A stretch of DNA of 64,000 bases from Lingula anatina (Eukaryota; Animalia; Brachiopoda). The stretch is taken from positions 2,914,001 to 2,978,000 of the forward strand of contig CM120643.1 of assembly GCA_051362555.1 (NCBI GenBank). Reading direction: 5' to 3'. The translations under genes were made by a program, and so were the position numbers. The notes under the pieces were generated by a model that was not told the origin of the DNA, did not search any database, and was given only the letters and a program-made list of their open reading frames with translations. Below are positions 12,589-27,500 of the stretch, in pieces; position 1 is the first letter of the stretch, and each line of letters starts with the position of its first letter.

Positions 12589-15500
12589 AACTGAAAAGTA
12601 AATCAATTCTTTGCCATGTAACTAAGGTCAATTCATCTGCAGAGAAAGCAAGATTTTTTAAAAAAGAAAACAGCTTATTCAAAGATTTGTTTTCAAAAGA
12701 TGCACATTGACTTTCATTTAAAAGCTAGCTGTAATAAGAGAGACATTGCCTATGACACCAAGCATGAATTGCTATGAAATCATAATACAAAACTACAATA
12801 TTGCTTGTGGAAAATTACAACTATGTTATAATAGTTTATAGCAGGTAAAAGCTTTGCGATCTTTGAAATTGATTCATATGACTAAGATTATAATTTATAT
12901 TTAACGCAGTTGCATAGTAGATGAAAAAGAATACTAAAAGCATTGTAGGGTGACTCCGTCACATCCAATATGCCTAAAAATACTGCTTGTAATTGGTGTA
13001 CTTTTATAATATCCAAACATTATTCATTTCTTTTATAATATTCAAATTATTGTCAACATCGCCTTAATCTAGCCTTTATTTAACCAAACTCACATAACAA
13101 ACAATTGACAGATCAAATCATTTCAATTAAATACTTTTGAGGGGAGCTGTGGAAAATAAATACATAAATAAAATTACGTAATTATGCACTTTTTTCATTC
13201 CAACTTTTAACCATAAAAATTCTTTAATTTGAATTATCCTCTTTTTTGGTAAGACTCCATGTCAGCTAAAATTGCTAAGGATAAAAAATTCAGTAACAAA
13301 ATGCCAGAGTTATTCTATGTGAATGTCTCAAAGTAAATAGACATTCTAGTTCATATTCAATCAAATTTGGAGAAAATCTTAAAAGCCGTCCAAATCATTG
13401 ATAAAAATGACTATTTCAGGCTTTATATCTCAAATGCCTATTTTAAAGTGCAGGATCCTCATGTGAAATCTGAGACACCTGGCAACTATACAAACATTGG
13501 CCACTTTACTTGGGTTATTTGGACCCAAAGCAATTTTAACTTAAAAGTCTTAACTCAGTTCTACATCACCATCATCACATACATAGGGTGCATTGGCAAT
13601 GAATCTATTGTGCTAGCTAACTCTCGCTGATTAAAATCAGATTCACAATATAACACCCCCTCTTGTGTCCAATGTACTCATATGATCAAGTGTTCATCTA
13701 ACTGCATTCAGCTAGAGTCCCAGTGGAGCAACTGTGCAGTAGCTAGTACAACAGCTTCATTGCGAACACATCCACATTAACAATTTACTGATGGACTATA
13801 ACTCAATAAACAGATTAAAGCAACATCTCAATGATACACTCAGTCTATTTATAACCAGTAACAGAGTGGTCAACTGTCTGGAATGACCATGTCCACTACC
13901 ACATCCACTACATACCTTATTCAACATCTGGACCCTGGTCTTGAGTTTGGTCCCAGTGCTGTGGGCGAGGGCATGAACAGCCCGGTGGAATGCCAAAAAG
14001 TCCTGTTCTTCTGGTTTTTTGTTGCCCCATTCCTCGCACATTTGCTGGAATAAATTTTAATTCAATTAATTTAAAAACTAAACTTTTGTTTTGAATCCAA
14101 TCTTTAATTTTTACAATTCAACTTTGAAACAGTTTCAGTACTTGCTTGTCTTGCAGTAATGTTCAAGTGTGTATATTTAACTAGACTAATTGTATTATGT
14201 ATAATTATGTGCCTTTATTATGGATAAAACACGCGTCACTGTTAAACTGTGGAATATATGCAATATGCAAGTCTTGAGTAAATCAAAATTTTAAAGCTCT
14301 TTTATTTTTTGAGACAAATTTTTATAATGTACCAGGGGTACGTATAATTATTTATCTTCTTACAGATTAATTATGTTATTATAATTAATAACATCACTGA
14401 TACATTGTATTATAAAAGCAATGTATAAGTTTTGAATAACATGTTTCAAGCTTTTAAAATTTTTGAGACAAATTTTGTTTCTAGAAATTTATATATAATC
14501 AATATATCTTGTTCAATTACATATGAAAAATTACCATACCAGGCAATGAACCCTATCTTAGTCCAAAAGTTACCTGTAATCTCCGTTCCTTCTGTTCCAG
14601 CCTTTCATATTTCCTCAGAACCAACTGGTACTCAGATTTCAGAAGAGCGCTCTGGTCTCGTTCTGGGTCCAGACCAAACGTGGTGTTTCGCCTGTGCATC
14701 TCTGACTGAGGACTGGTCATGTTTTCCATCTGACGTAATTCCTGTTGAGGGGAGGGGGATTAAATACATTTTGATACATTAGTTGAAGTTGAAAAAAATT
14801 AAATATAAGATGTTTTTAATGTATGGTGAGACATAAATCGACAAATAATTATATCAATAAATAAATCAATAAATTTATAATCCTTGTAAGTGAAGAAACT
14901 GGTCAATTAAGCCCTTAAATTATTGTATTCTTCATTCTTTTTTTTTAAAAAGGTACACAAATTTCAAAACCATTTTTAGTAAGACACTAAACCTCAAACA
15001 ATTTGATAACCAAAGTAACTGCAAGCCTTGGTTCCTTTTACCAAAATATATTTTAAGTTCAAAGATTAATTTTAAATTCAAAACGTACCTTTGTGGTCAT
15101 TTTCATAAGTTTGGGATCAGGCGTGGAATCCTCTTGCAGCCCATACATCATAAGGGTGATACACTTGGTTTCAAAGTTATCTAAATGTTCCTGTGTTATA
15201 ACTGGTATTGAGAAAACTTTACTGTGGTTGAACACAGGACTGAGGGACCCTCGGACCATTGGGGTCTCAGTGTATTCTTCAGTCTCGCCTTGAACGGTTG
15301 GGACTTTGTACTTGATTCGTACTCCCTTGGAGAACCTTGCTTTGTGAACTTCCGCTTTTTGTACAGTTACCTGAAGGATCAAGGGATATAACTCGTATCA
15401 GTATTGAGAAAGGATCATAAATACAATCTCTACTTTTTGGTTTTAAATTATTTAGTTACCTGAAAGACCAGGGGTGGTAAAATGTGAATTTAATAAATAA

Positions 15501-18500
15501 TATTTTCTTTTAAATGTGGTACATGTGATAACGAATTGCCAGTGAAAGACAAAACACATTCTCATTCTTTTTTTTTTCCACTTCAAATCTGGAAAAACAT
15601 TATCTTGGGAAAATTTATTTTCCTCACTCAAAAGATCAAAGTAAATTTATTATATTAAATAAAAATACAAAAACACAGCCCCACCCACCTTATAATGGTA
15701 AGGTTTCCCCAGTAAATCCTCGGGAGAATCCACAAAGGAATCGTCATCCAAGTCATTTCCTTTAGCATTACATGGAGCCACAACTACCATGATGGTGCCT
15801 TCCTCCTGGCCCTTATAGTCTGTCACGGTCAGTGTGTCCTCGAAGTCCAGGGCGTAACCCAGAGACTGTAGAAATACATTGGCTGTTCCGATGAGAACGT
15901 CCTCCGTTGGCTCCCAGAATGGATCTTCCTCCTTTGGCAGGTTTTTGACGGCAGCGTCTTCTCCATCCAGGAACCTCTGGTAGAGCTCCTATAAAGAATA
16001 TACAGGATAACATTATTTTATTTATTAGTGACATGGATTACAAGATAGAAACATTCAATGCTTTTCTGGTAAACAATCCATTGCGTCTTATGCAAAATAC
16101 CTGCTAATTAACTGTGTGTGCGTGCATGAATGTGCGTGCATGCCTGTGTTATGACACACAATTTTTCCCTGCTAATTTAACAATTTTATTGAAACTGGGA
16201 TACAAGTTCATCTTGCAGTCAGCGCCACCTATCTTCTAATCCCCACCTGAGCCAGATATCGTCTGTTCATGAACTTTCCTCTCTCCCACAACCAAGTATT
16301 CCCATTCAACAGGTTTTTCATTTTCACCATCACTCTGAAGAAAAATTATAAACAGATCATTAACTGTCAAAATTCTTCCGAAATAATTCACTTGCACACT
16401 GACTACTTCAAGCAAGCAAGAATTAGCAGCAGGAAGGCTATAATAATGTATTTAAAACAATATCAGAACTGTTGCTCTTTCAGCATTTTTTTTTCAACAT
16501 AAGCACGATAGCATGTTTGAGAAGCAATTTTTTTTATAAATTCACACAACTGATTTAATGGTTTTCATTAAACAATACTAAGCATTATCTGCTTTCCAAA
16601 ATTTAACTATAGACAGAATTTGTGCATAAGACATTACTTTCTTTTATTTCTATGAAACCCAAATTACAAAATGTTGATGGCTTCATGTAAATTCCAGTGG
16701 TTTGTTGTAAGATAATATATAGGAAGAAATATTTCTGCAGGGAAGTTCAATACATACAACCATCAAGATTTGACATGTGTAGCTATGACAAGAAATGGAC
16801 AATGTGTTCAAATATCACAGCAAAGTGCTTCAATTAAAGAACCAAATTGTTCAAACAATACACAACCTAAAAAAAAAAAAAATGCACACGTGCTCCACGA
16901 TATCACTGCAAACAGTATCCAATATCAAAATTTCACGATTCTGTTCTTCAAAGTTGCACTTAAAATTGCTACCAGAAGACATCTGGATGATTTCCAGAAA
17001 ATATTCTCATAACATGACTGTATAAAATTAACATTTTAGTTTGTATACCTGTAAGTGTTAGGGGGAATTTTAAAATGTCCTATGTAAAATGAAACAAGAA
17101 ATTTTCCCATTATATCCTTATCTTTTCTTTTTTTTTCTTTCTTTTTCTTTCTTTTATTTATTTATTTTTTTTTTGGGGGGGGGGGGAAACAACTACATGC
17201 ATTAAAAGTTGCAGGCTTGGGTTTGAGCTCTATCAACTATACTGGGTATAGCAAGCAATTCTTGGCATAAACTTCAAGGCTTTTTAATTAGCACAGACCA
17301 TTTTACACTGGCTTCCATTATAGCACAAAAAATTGGCATCAATAAGATTTGAATCTCCTAGATCAATATGAACCCCACCTTGAAAATGAAGATAATTTCT
17401 AGTTCACCATGAGGAAAAATTTGGGGCTCACTTTACATGAAAGTGGCTTGAGGACACCATGAAATTTGTACTAATGGAATCCCAGCGATTCTGTCAGGCA
17501 TTATGAAGAACATCTTCAGTGTTACGTTTACGCTTATTCTAATTAAAATCAGACCTCAGAATCTTTATCAAACAAGACCAGGCCATTTTAATCAGAATGG
17601 TCACAAATCACTCATGAGTTTCAAAGTCTAATGGAAACTCTCCCAGCTGACTCATTATCGCTCATGTACATAAAAAGATGAAAGAGGGCCTTTATAAAAT
17701 CCTAAAAATGGCAAGCTGCAGGGACGCGGTGCAGCTTTAAAAGTGGAGACAAGGGGTAAAAATACCAGGGTGGATTGCAATGAGGCCATCTTCTGGGTCT
17801 TCTGGGTCGCCTGGACAGATTTTCAAGCTTACATTGATGGGTATCTAATTTTCCCATTGAAAGACAGTCAAAAAAAGAGGATGGATCAACAAAGATAATT
17901 TGGAAGACTGTCTGAATTTTCTCTAGATCCACCCCTGAATACAAAACCCAAATATCCAAATTTTGAGGGGACTTTCATCAATCTACAAGTATTGTGGGAG
18001 GCATGTTTGTGCAGGGTTTGGGAGAGTGTTCATTAGAAAGCTCAACTGACAGTGATGTGCACTACAAATGAGCAGAAAAAAATATAGAAATAAAAAAAAA
18101 GAAAATGAAAAAGTAAAACCACTGCAATCCAATGTTGATATCACAAAAGCAGTGCAATAAAAAGGCTTGGCTGTATACCTGATCCCAGCTTCACCACTGC
18201 TCAAAGAAGAAAATAATTAAAATTTTATTAATTAACCAAAGAGCTACAATCTACAAAATAAAAAGGTCTAAGATTAAGGAAGCTGTAATTGCCATAAAAG
18301 TAAAATTTTTGTTATAAGCTGTGAGCTTTTCTATCAAAATGTTAAATTCTACCAAAACAATGAACAAAAATGGAAAACCTATCTTTATCCCACACCCCTA
18401 CTGAAATTTCTATATAAAATACACACATGCTCCTAAAAAGTTCTTTTCTCCAGCTTGAAAATTTTTTCTCCAAAATTTGGAATCATATTGCCAACTACCC

Positions 18501-21500
18501 TGCCACACACACAATATACCCGAGAATATTGCAAAAAAAAAAAAATAATAATAATAAAAAATAATAAAATGACACCAAAAATCAGGATAAAATATAATGA
18601 ACACCTAGCAATTGCACTATCTATTTGAATTTGTTAATTTGAAGAGAAAAACAACTATATCCCAACTTACTTAACACCACTATAATAAAGAAAAAAACAA
18701 AAACAATACCAAATATGAGTGACGGATACTTTTTCACAACACAAATCATGGAAATAATCTACACAACACAGATGATAATTGTTTACATATAGCATGCTTT
18801 CTAAAAATGTTAAAATCTACTCTTTACGATGCTTAAGATCACAAACAGAGTGGTACATAAATATATTGAAATTCTACAGTCAAATGTGTTTTGTATGTAA
18901 TTTGCATATGACCATAATGGGCAATGCTGAACATTCATGAAAAATCAGTTAAAACTGTAAAAACTGTGATCAATAATTACACTATAACTGTCCAGAGACA
19001 GATCATAAATTATGGACAGTGTATTGAAATTTTTTAATATATTTTCCTTTAAAAACCTCCATACAAATAAAAAATCTCTTTAAATTTATAAATCTATACT
19101 TATAACAAAAAACGTAAGTTTTTCTCCTGATTTCAATTTCTTACAATTTACTTTTACTAAAACCATTCAATATCTCACACTAAATCTTTCTCAGTAATAA
19201 AAAAGTTTTAAAGAGATATAACTTGAACTGTGAATTGGGAAACCCTAAACCAAAAATAACATAAATACTCACGAAGTTCCCTTGTTGCCAGCCACACCTC
19301 CCTCTTGTGCTGCGGAGGAGATGAGAACAACCTCGAAGGACCTGTGCTTATCCAGCTCCTCAGAGATGGCATTGACTTCTGTCACCATTGGCAAAATCTC
19401 CAGAACTTGCTCCTGGGCGATCTGTTGTTCTGTAGGAGGAAAAGATTTACGATTTTAAAATACATGTGCAGGGACAGTTATTGAACTAGGTTGGGTTCTT
19501 CAACAACTTAAGATAAGAGTTTCTTTAGCCAATTATAAAAAGCGGAAATCATTGGGAAACCCCAAACAAACAGCGCTTACCATCTATTTTGTCTTTGTAA
19601 ACTCCTCAATATTTGTATAATGCTTATAAATATATGTGTGAGGACTAACATCTTTAAAATTGGTTAATGTTATAAATTATGGAATAGTCACAATAATGTC
19701 AAATGGGCTAGCAAAAAAATAAGGTATTATACTAGAACTATGCTAGGATCGCCCTAAACAACTAAAATCAACATAGATGTAAAAATTATCAAACACAAGC
19801 CGAAAAACTTTCATACCGTTAGCTTAGGGCCAACCTGGACGTAGGCCTTCATCAGACTGATGTGAGCAGATGTTGACATTCATTCACAACTAAAATCATG
19901 CTAAAGAAAAAAAAAATGTGTTCACTAACCTTTGGATAACCCTGCGCCAGATCCAGTAGCAAAACCTTTAGCCTGAGCAATCTCCTTCTGAGCAAACTCC
20001 CAGTCTAGTTTGGAATCTGGGGGCGTCCCCTCAGGGGCGTTGGGTTTCTGGGCATTGTAGAACACGTACATGTGATTGGAGCCTGGAACAGAAAGCAATG
20101 ATCATTTATCAGGGGCGGAGCCAGAGATATTTTCTGACAGTCTTCCAAATTATCTTTGTTGACCTGTCCTCCATTTTTTACCATCTTCAGACAGAAAAAA
20201 TTAGATACCTGTCAGTGTAAACTTTAAAATGTGACCATCTTTTGGAAGACCCAGAAGACAGCCTCAATTCATCCCTGATTATAGTGAACATTTATTGGAT
20301 AAGATTTATTACGACAAGGTGGAAGAGAAAATGAATGCATTTTCTGTGGTTCCTTGACAGTTTTATAGTACACACACACAATCATTGTTCATTACTCTAT
20401 AAAAACAGGCACGACAATGTAAGTGAACTTTCTATAACTGATCTTAGGTAAAAGTAGTCCACTTTAAAATTATTTTGTCTGACAATTAAGACCAGCTTTC
20501 ATTCAAAAAGTCTTTTTCGAGCCCAGTTCCTGCCCTATACCCACCGAACAACACCCTGTCTTTGTGTGCCAGGGGGCGCGGTCCCGTCAGAGGCATTCCA
20601 TTCACTTTGATCTTGGCCCCCTTGGCGCCAGGCTTGATTTCATAATCACCTCCAGAGTTAGTGACGACAGCATGCTGTTTCATTATGCTGATAAAACAAC
20701 ATTTTGTCATTAAAATTTCATGTATTTTAAGCCATTTACAAACACAAATGTTTACGGTAAAGTCTTGAAAATTTCGTCGTTCTTGAAAATTTCGTCGATA
20801 GACGATTTTCCGCCGACGTAATTTTTTCCCTTTGAAAACTTCGTCGACCTTGAAAATGAGGTACTGGATAATTTTTGAAAAGTTCGTCACCAAATATGGC
20901 CGTGTTGTCCAGCTCAAACATGAAGGTAATGCATCAGTTGATTCAAGACAATGATACGATCAGGATATCATTGCCGATAACATTCTCAATGGGAGATAGG
21001 AACAATAGTGCGCCCCTGCGAGCGGTTACTCACAATATAGATGGTTTAGATGTGAATTCCCGTTCTCAATTGCGGGAACGTCGGCCTTTTGTCTTTAGTT
21101 GCATTACTATTACCTGGCTTAAGGTGCGTTATCAAGCCGGCAAATAGAAGTCACAGGCCGCGGCTTTGTCATTTCAATGATTTGTAACGCCGTTATTGTT
21201 ATCGGCGGCTGTCCTAAATGAGGAAGACACAATGAAAAAATCAAGATATTATCTCGAAATGAAATGTACCCGTCACTTCTATTCATGTCCATGTTCAATT
21301 TAGGACCATTTAACGATTACCTGGTTCGTACATGGAGATCGTTCACAATGCGAATGGGAGGAGATGGCAATTTTCATATCTTCAGCGGAGAATCGTTCGC
21401 GTTATATCGTCAACAGATCGTTCGCGATCCAAACGAGACGAGAAGATAATGTTCATATTTGTAGCGGACTCCGTTCGCATAAGATCATCAACGGGAGATC

Positions 21501-24500
21501 GTTTGCGATTCGAGAGAGACGAAAAGGCAATCTTCATATCTTCAGCGGGAGATCGTTCGCGATGTAAGCGAGAATAAAATGCACTTTTCATATTTGTTCA
21601 AGGGAACTTCGTTCGTGGAAGATCGTCAGCAGGAGATCATTATTTTAACCCCTCTCCCCCTTTGAATTTTATAAATAATATATATTTTTCATTTTATCTT
21701 TAACCTCCCCTTCCCCCGCTCACGGCATATCTTCAGCGGAGAATCGTTCGCGTAATATCGTCAGGACTTTGTTCACGTAAGATCGTCAGAGGGAGATCGT
21801 TCGCGATCCGAGCGAGACGAAAAGGCAATTTTCATATCATCATTGGGAGATCGTTCGCGATGTAAGCAAGAATGAAATGCAATTTGCATATTAGTTCAGG
21901 GGATTTAGGAAACTTTGATCGCGGAAGATCGTCAGCGGGAGATTATTTAAACCCCCCCCACTTACACACACACTTTGGATTTTTAAAAAATATTCATTTT
22001 CATTTGATCTTCAATCCGCCCCCTTCCCCCGCTCACGGTATATCTTCGGCGGAGAATCGTTCGCGTAATATCCTCAGGACTTTGTTCGCGTAAGATCATA
22101 TCAGAGCTTGACGTAAAGGCAATTTTCATATCTTCATCGGGAGATTGTTCGCGATGTAAGCAATAATAAAATGCAGTTTTCATATTAGTTCAAGGAACTT
22201 AGTTTGCGAACGATCGTCAGCGGGAGATCATTATTTTAACCCCGCCTCCCCCTTTGAATATTATAAAGAATATATATATTTAGTTTTATCTTTAACCCCC
22301 CTTCCCCGCTCACGGCATATCTTCGGCGGAGAATCGTTTGCGTACTATCGTCAGGACTTTGTTCGCGTAAAATCGTCAGAGGGAGATCGTTCGCGATCCG
22401 AGGGAGACGAAAAAGCAATTTTTATATCATCATTGGGAGATCGTCCGCGATGTAAGCAAAAATGAAATGCAATTTTCATATTAGTTCAAGGGATTTAGGG
22501 AACTTCGTTCGCGGAAGATCGTCAGCGGGAGATCGTTCGCGATCTTTGCTAGACGAAAAGGCAATTTTCACGTCTTCATCGGGAGATTGTTCGCGATGTA
22601 AGCAATAATAAAATGCAGTTTTCATATTAGTTCAAGGAACTTAAATTGCGGAAGATCGTCAACGGGAGATCATTATTTCAACTCCCTGTAAATTTTTAGG
22701 AAGTTACAGATGGTAATTTTAGAAGGCCTGACACTCAATCCTGGGAAAAGCCCTGCATGCAACAAACGTTCCCAAGTGCGTTATTTTTTTTAACATGTTG
22801 CGCCCAGGTTATGATGCAAGGTTGCAATTAGGCTTATCTTGATCCTTCTCCTCTATCAGGAGGTATGTTTCTTACCGAGAAAATAATTCTCAACATGTTT
22901 TCGGGTACAGTAAGTTAAATATAACTTAATCGAGATGCACTAATAAATAGATTATTATTTACCACCAGAAAATGACTTAGGAAGTATTAATAAATATCTC
23001 ACCATATAGGAGGGTCAAAGATAACAGTCGCTAAGAATAAAAGCCCAAAGGCCGGATTTTTGAAAATTTCGTCATACCCAGGAGTCGGGGAGAGGTAATT
23101 TTGAAAAATTAGTCGGATTTACACAATTAAAAATATTAATTAATTTTTAAGCGACGAAATTTTCAAGACTTTACCGTATTCATGCAAGCGTAGTATGGAA
23201 ATGGTTTTGAAAGTGTTTACAGTGATTTTTTTTTACCTTCTCTACAATTACTTTAATCCCTGTGGACGGAAAAACTGTCTGTAACTAATACAAATATTTT
23301 TTCACAGACAAAACATTTATGACTTCCCTCACCTCAATCCACTGAGACAGATATCTGGCATGGGCTCGGCATCTTTGCGTCCAATTGTGACCTCTGGTTT
23401 CTCAAGAAAGTAGTAGACTTTGCTAGAGAGCATGGGGTCTTCATTCAGATTGACAAAGTGGGAAACTGTACTCTTTTTGTTGGAGGTTGCCTTTCCTCCC
23501 GAATCTGTCTCGGCCTCCTGTCTGCTCTGTTTCACCTGGAGGTTGAAATTACAGTACTTCGTTTAACTTTAAGTTAAAGTACTATCTTAATACGGAAAAC
23601 AATTAAAAATTTACTCTATCTTGAAAGTTTATTCTACCAGCATAATTTTCTTTCACTTTGAGAACTTCATCAAACTTGAAAAGGTGCCTCTTGATAAGCT
23701 TGGAAACTTTGTCACCTAGTAATATGGATTCATGCAAATTAAAATGATAACAATTAATTATTAAGTGATGAAATTAGAGCTTGTATGTATATATGGGTGT
23801 GAGAGTGTTTTGTAATTTTTTTATTTTGAAATAAATTAAAAAAAAAAATAAGTGATGAAATTTTCATATTTTTACTGTAAGCGTGTTTCAAAACAGCCAG
23901 TGAACCAGGTTTTAAATCAAAGTGTACTATTACTGCCAATGATTGTTGTATATCAAACAATGTTACTAGCATCAGTTAAAGAAGAAACTTTTTTTTACAA
24001 AAAAATTGGACTCAGAAGCAGGGGTTTCCCCAGCATTTAGGGCACAGGAAGTCCAAAATGTGAATCTGTAATTTGGTCAGAGAGTTACAGGGAGCCCAAC
24101 CAGCCAACCCCCAAAATTTTGTAAGTAGTCCAGTCATCTTTGGATATAAAGGCCGTCTTCTGAGGCTAATGGCTATCCAAATGACGGCTCTCTGCAGCTA
24201 GGGAAAATCTTCCTCAGAGATGAATTTAAGTTACCTGTTCATCCCAACTCATGCCTCCCATCTTTTTCATATTTTCTTCCATCTCCAGTCTGATTTCTTC
24301 TTTGTATTTCTCAATTTCTGTAATGAAAGAAAAAATACCAATAAAACTTCAAAAAAAAAAAAAAATTATTATTATTTGCTTCAGTCTGGGACAACCTTTA
24401 TTCCAAAATCATTTCACAATGTCAATCATTTTTTCAGGTTATTATCAATAATTGGTTTTTAAAGCAGAATAGTTTATCAATTGTGCATTCAATTTTTTAT

Positions 24501-27500
24501 CAACAACATTTCATCATATTCACCAACTCACTTGCTGGTGTATTGCTTAGCAATATAATCATTATCAAAATTTCAACTTGTTGATTCCATGACTTGATTG
24601 GTTGTTTTTAATTTAAGCCAATCAAATGCAGCTGAAATATTTTACCTTCCGCAGTCATGCCAACACCACCTGCTATGGGACCACCGCCACCTTCCATCTG
24701 TTTCTTCAGACGCTCATTCTCTTCCTAAAATTTTGCAAACAAATACTATTAAGATTTTCTGGAAATGAGTTACCTTTATTTAAAAAAGTGTGATCATACA
24801 TCTCCATATGCTTTTAAAATTGCATATAATAAGCTTCAAGAAGTGATCAAAATAACTGTCAACTCCTGTTCTTTAAAATTAACATGATAAATTCATCAAA
24901 GAAAATTATCACCATCCATTATTTATTAGCTCAATCATGAGAGAAAAACAACCTCAGTATTTTTTATAGTTTCTAGTTACCTTTAACTCTCTGATCAACT
25001 TGTCCATGGGGTTTTCATTGATGACAGCCTTGTTTTTGATCTTTTTCGCTCTGTCAGCATACCTCAGTGTACTCAACGTCTCATCATAGTTTATATCAGC
25101 AGGGGACAGCGCAGCTATCATGATGGTTTTACTGAAAAGATAAAATTATTGTAAATATCTGGAATTTCTGAAGTTAATAACACTTAGTCCAATCAGACTA
25201 AATGAGGCAAAGTGCAATTTTAGCAGTTGTGTTAATTATTTTAACGTAAAGATAAAATTATTGTAAATATTTGGAATTTGCCAAAATAACAAGACTTAGT
25301 CCAATTCAACTAAACTAGACCAAGTGTAATTTTCCCAGCTGTGTAAAGTTATTTTCCTACATCTAAAGATTTCATCTCTGAGCCAGTAAATTTAGATTCA
25401 GACCTTTTGTTTGACAAGGTGTAATGTAATGTAGTCCTAGAGCCAGGTGGCCCTAAGAAGTCGATTTGTGGTGCATTTGAAAACAATATGGTCATATCTT
25501 CACTTGTCTCACCTGTTTCCTCCAAGTGCGTTCTGCAGTAGTTTGGTGAGGACAGAGTCTCTGTAAGGCACCATCACCTTCTTCTTCCCCATGGACAAAT
25601 CAGCCAGAGCCTGGCGAAAGGGATAATTGGTCATTAATGTCCAGGAAAAATTATCCAGCACATTTTCAAACAAAAGTGGTTTAAGTATTTAAGGTCAAAC
25701 AAGCATCAAGATAAAGTTCTTAGGAAAATTTAAATCAAACAAGAGTAATCACACTTTTAATTACTTGAGTTCCTTTCTGTTGTATCTCTTTCACTTCAGA
25801 ATTTATGAAATTTAAGTCTTTCATCTTTTCATATCCCAAGAAAAAAAAAATTATCAGCATTTATCTTGGACAGTCAATTTGTAGGGATGGGATTGAAAAA
25901 TGGTTCACTGGTTAAAAAAATGATGCTACAGAGGTGAGAAATAAAAATGCTCCTATACTTTAATTTTTGGCAATTTCTGAAAAATATTATTATGAAATTT
26001 CAAATACGCACAGCACAAATGCACCTTTTGAGAAATAGTCATAAATATAAATTATAATTTAAGTATGCAGCAATTCCATGAACTAGGTTTATATTTATAC
26101 ATGCATGCTGCACATTCTGTAAGTAACATCATAACAACTTACAGAAATGACGTTCCCAAGGGCAGACAATGACTTGTTGATGTTGGCGCCCTCTTTCAGT
26201 CTGTCTCCCGTCGCCCCCGTGCTTTCAGCTCGCTCAGAACCTGAGTAAAGTGAAAGTTTGTTGAAAGGTAAACATGTTTAAAACTTGACTAAAAAAACAG
26301 CAAACATAAATGAACTAAAACTAACTACAGACAGATATATGTAAATACCTGCAAACAAGAAAGTGATTCTTAACCAAATAAATTGAATCTAAGCCTAAGT
26401 TTTATTTACAATCTTAAGAAATTTAAGTACTATGTAACACATAAGCAAAATGCTCAATAAAATACAAAAGAAAATGGCTTTTTGTGTACATGTAAAACTA
26501 CAAGATAAGGAAATACAATTAGCCCCACCAAACTTAAGCAGTTCAGGACAGGCTTTAGCATCATAATCATGATTCATAAAAAGCAGGGATGAGACCGGTT
26601 CTCACTGAAAAAGAAGGAAAATTGGCCGGGGTGTCCAGGGTACACGATTCACCAGAATGCCCAAATGACCCTGAAAAAGTCTGAATTACGACAAAAGTCG
26701 GAAAAGTCTCATCAGTGAAAAAACCCACATCTTACCTGCCAAATCCACCAAGTTCATCTCACTGCTTTTCTTCTTCTCCTGTCCAGTGGGGTCCTTGATG
26801 ATCTGGTCAAAGGTGATGGTGACCACGGTGTGGGCGCGGCTACTGGTGGCATTCATGTTGGTGGAGGCCACAGTTCTATTAGCAGTGCCTGATGGAAATG
26901 ATCAGAGAAGTGAGTTTTTATGTTTTATGGAGGCCACAGTTCTATTGGCAGTGCCTGATGAGATGATCAGAGAAGTGAGATTTTATGTTTTATGGAGGCC
27001 ACAGTTCTATTGGCAGTGCCTGAAGGAAATGATCAGAGAAGTGAGTTTTTATGTTTTATGGAGGCCACAGTTCTATTGGCAGTGCCTGAAGGAAATGATC
27101 AGAGAAGTGAGATTTTATGTTTTATGGAGGCCACAGTTCTATTGGCAGTGCCTGAAGGAAATGATCAGAGAAGTGAGATTTTATGTTTTATGGAGGCCAC
27201 GGTTCTATTGGCAGTGCCTGAAGGAAATGATCAGAGAAGTGAGATTTTATGTTTTATGGAGGCCACAGTTCTATTGGCAGTGCCTGATGGAAATGATCAG
27301 AGAAGTGAGATTTTATGTTTTATGGAGGCCACAGTTCTATTGGCAGTGCCTGATGGAAATGATCAGAGAAGTGAGATTTTATGTTTTATGGAGGCCACAG
27401 TTCTATTGGCAGTGCCTGAAGGAAATGATCAGAGAAGTGAGATTTTATGTTTTATGGAGGCCACAGTTCTATTGGCAGTGCCTGAAGGAAATGATCAGAG

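Noticed and set aside
21264-22418. Short ORFs inside the TIR element as a transposase
   Set aside because: They are translations of the internal tandem array, with no DDE/D or HTH signature.
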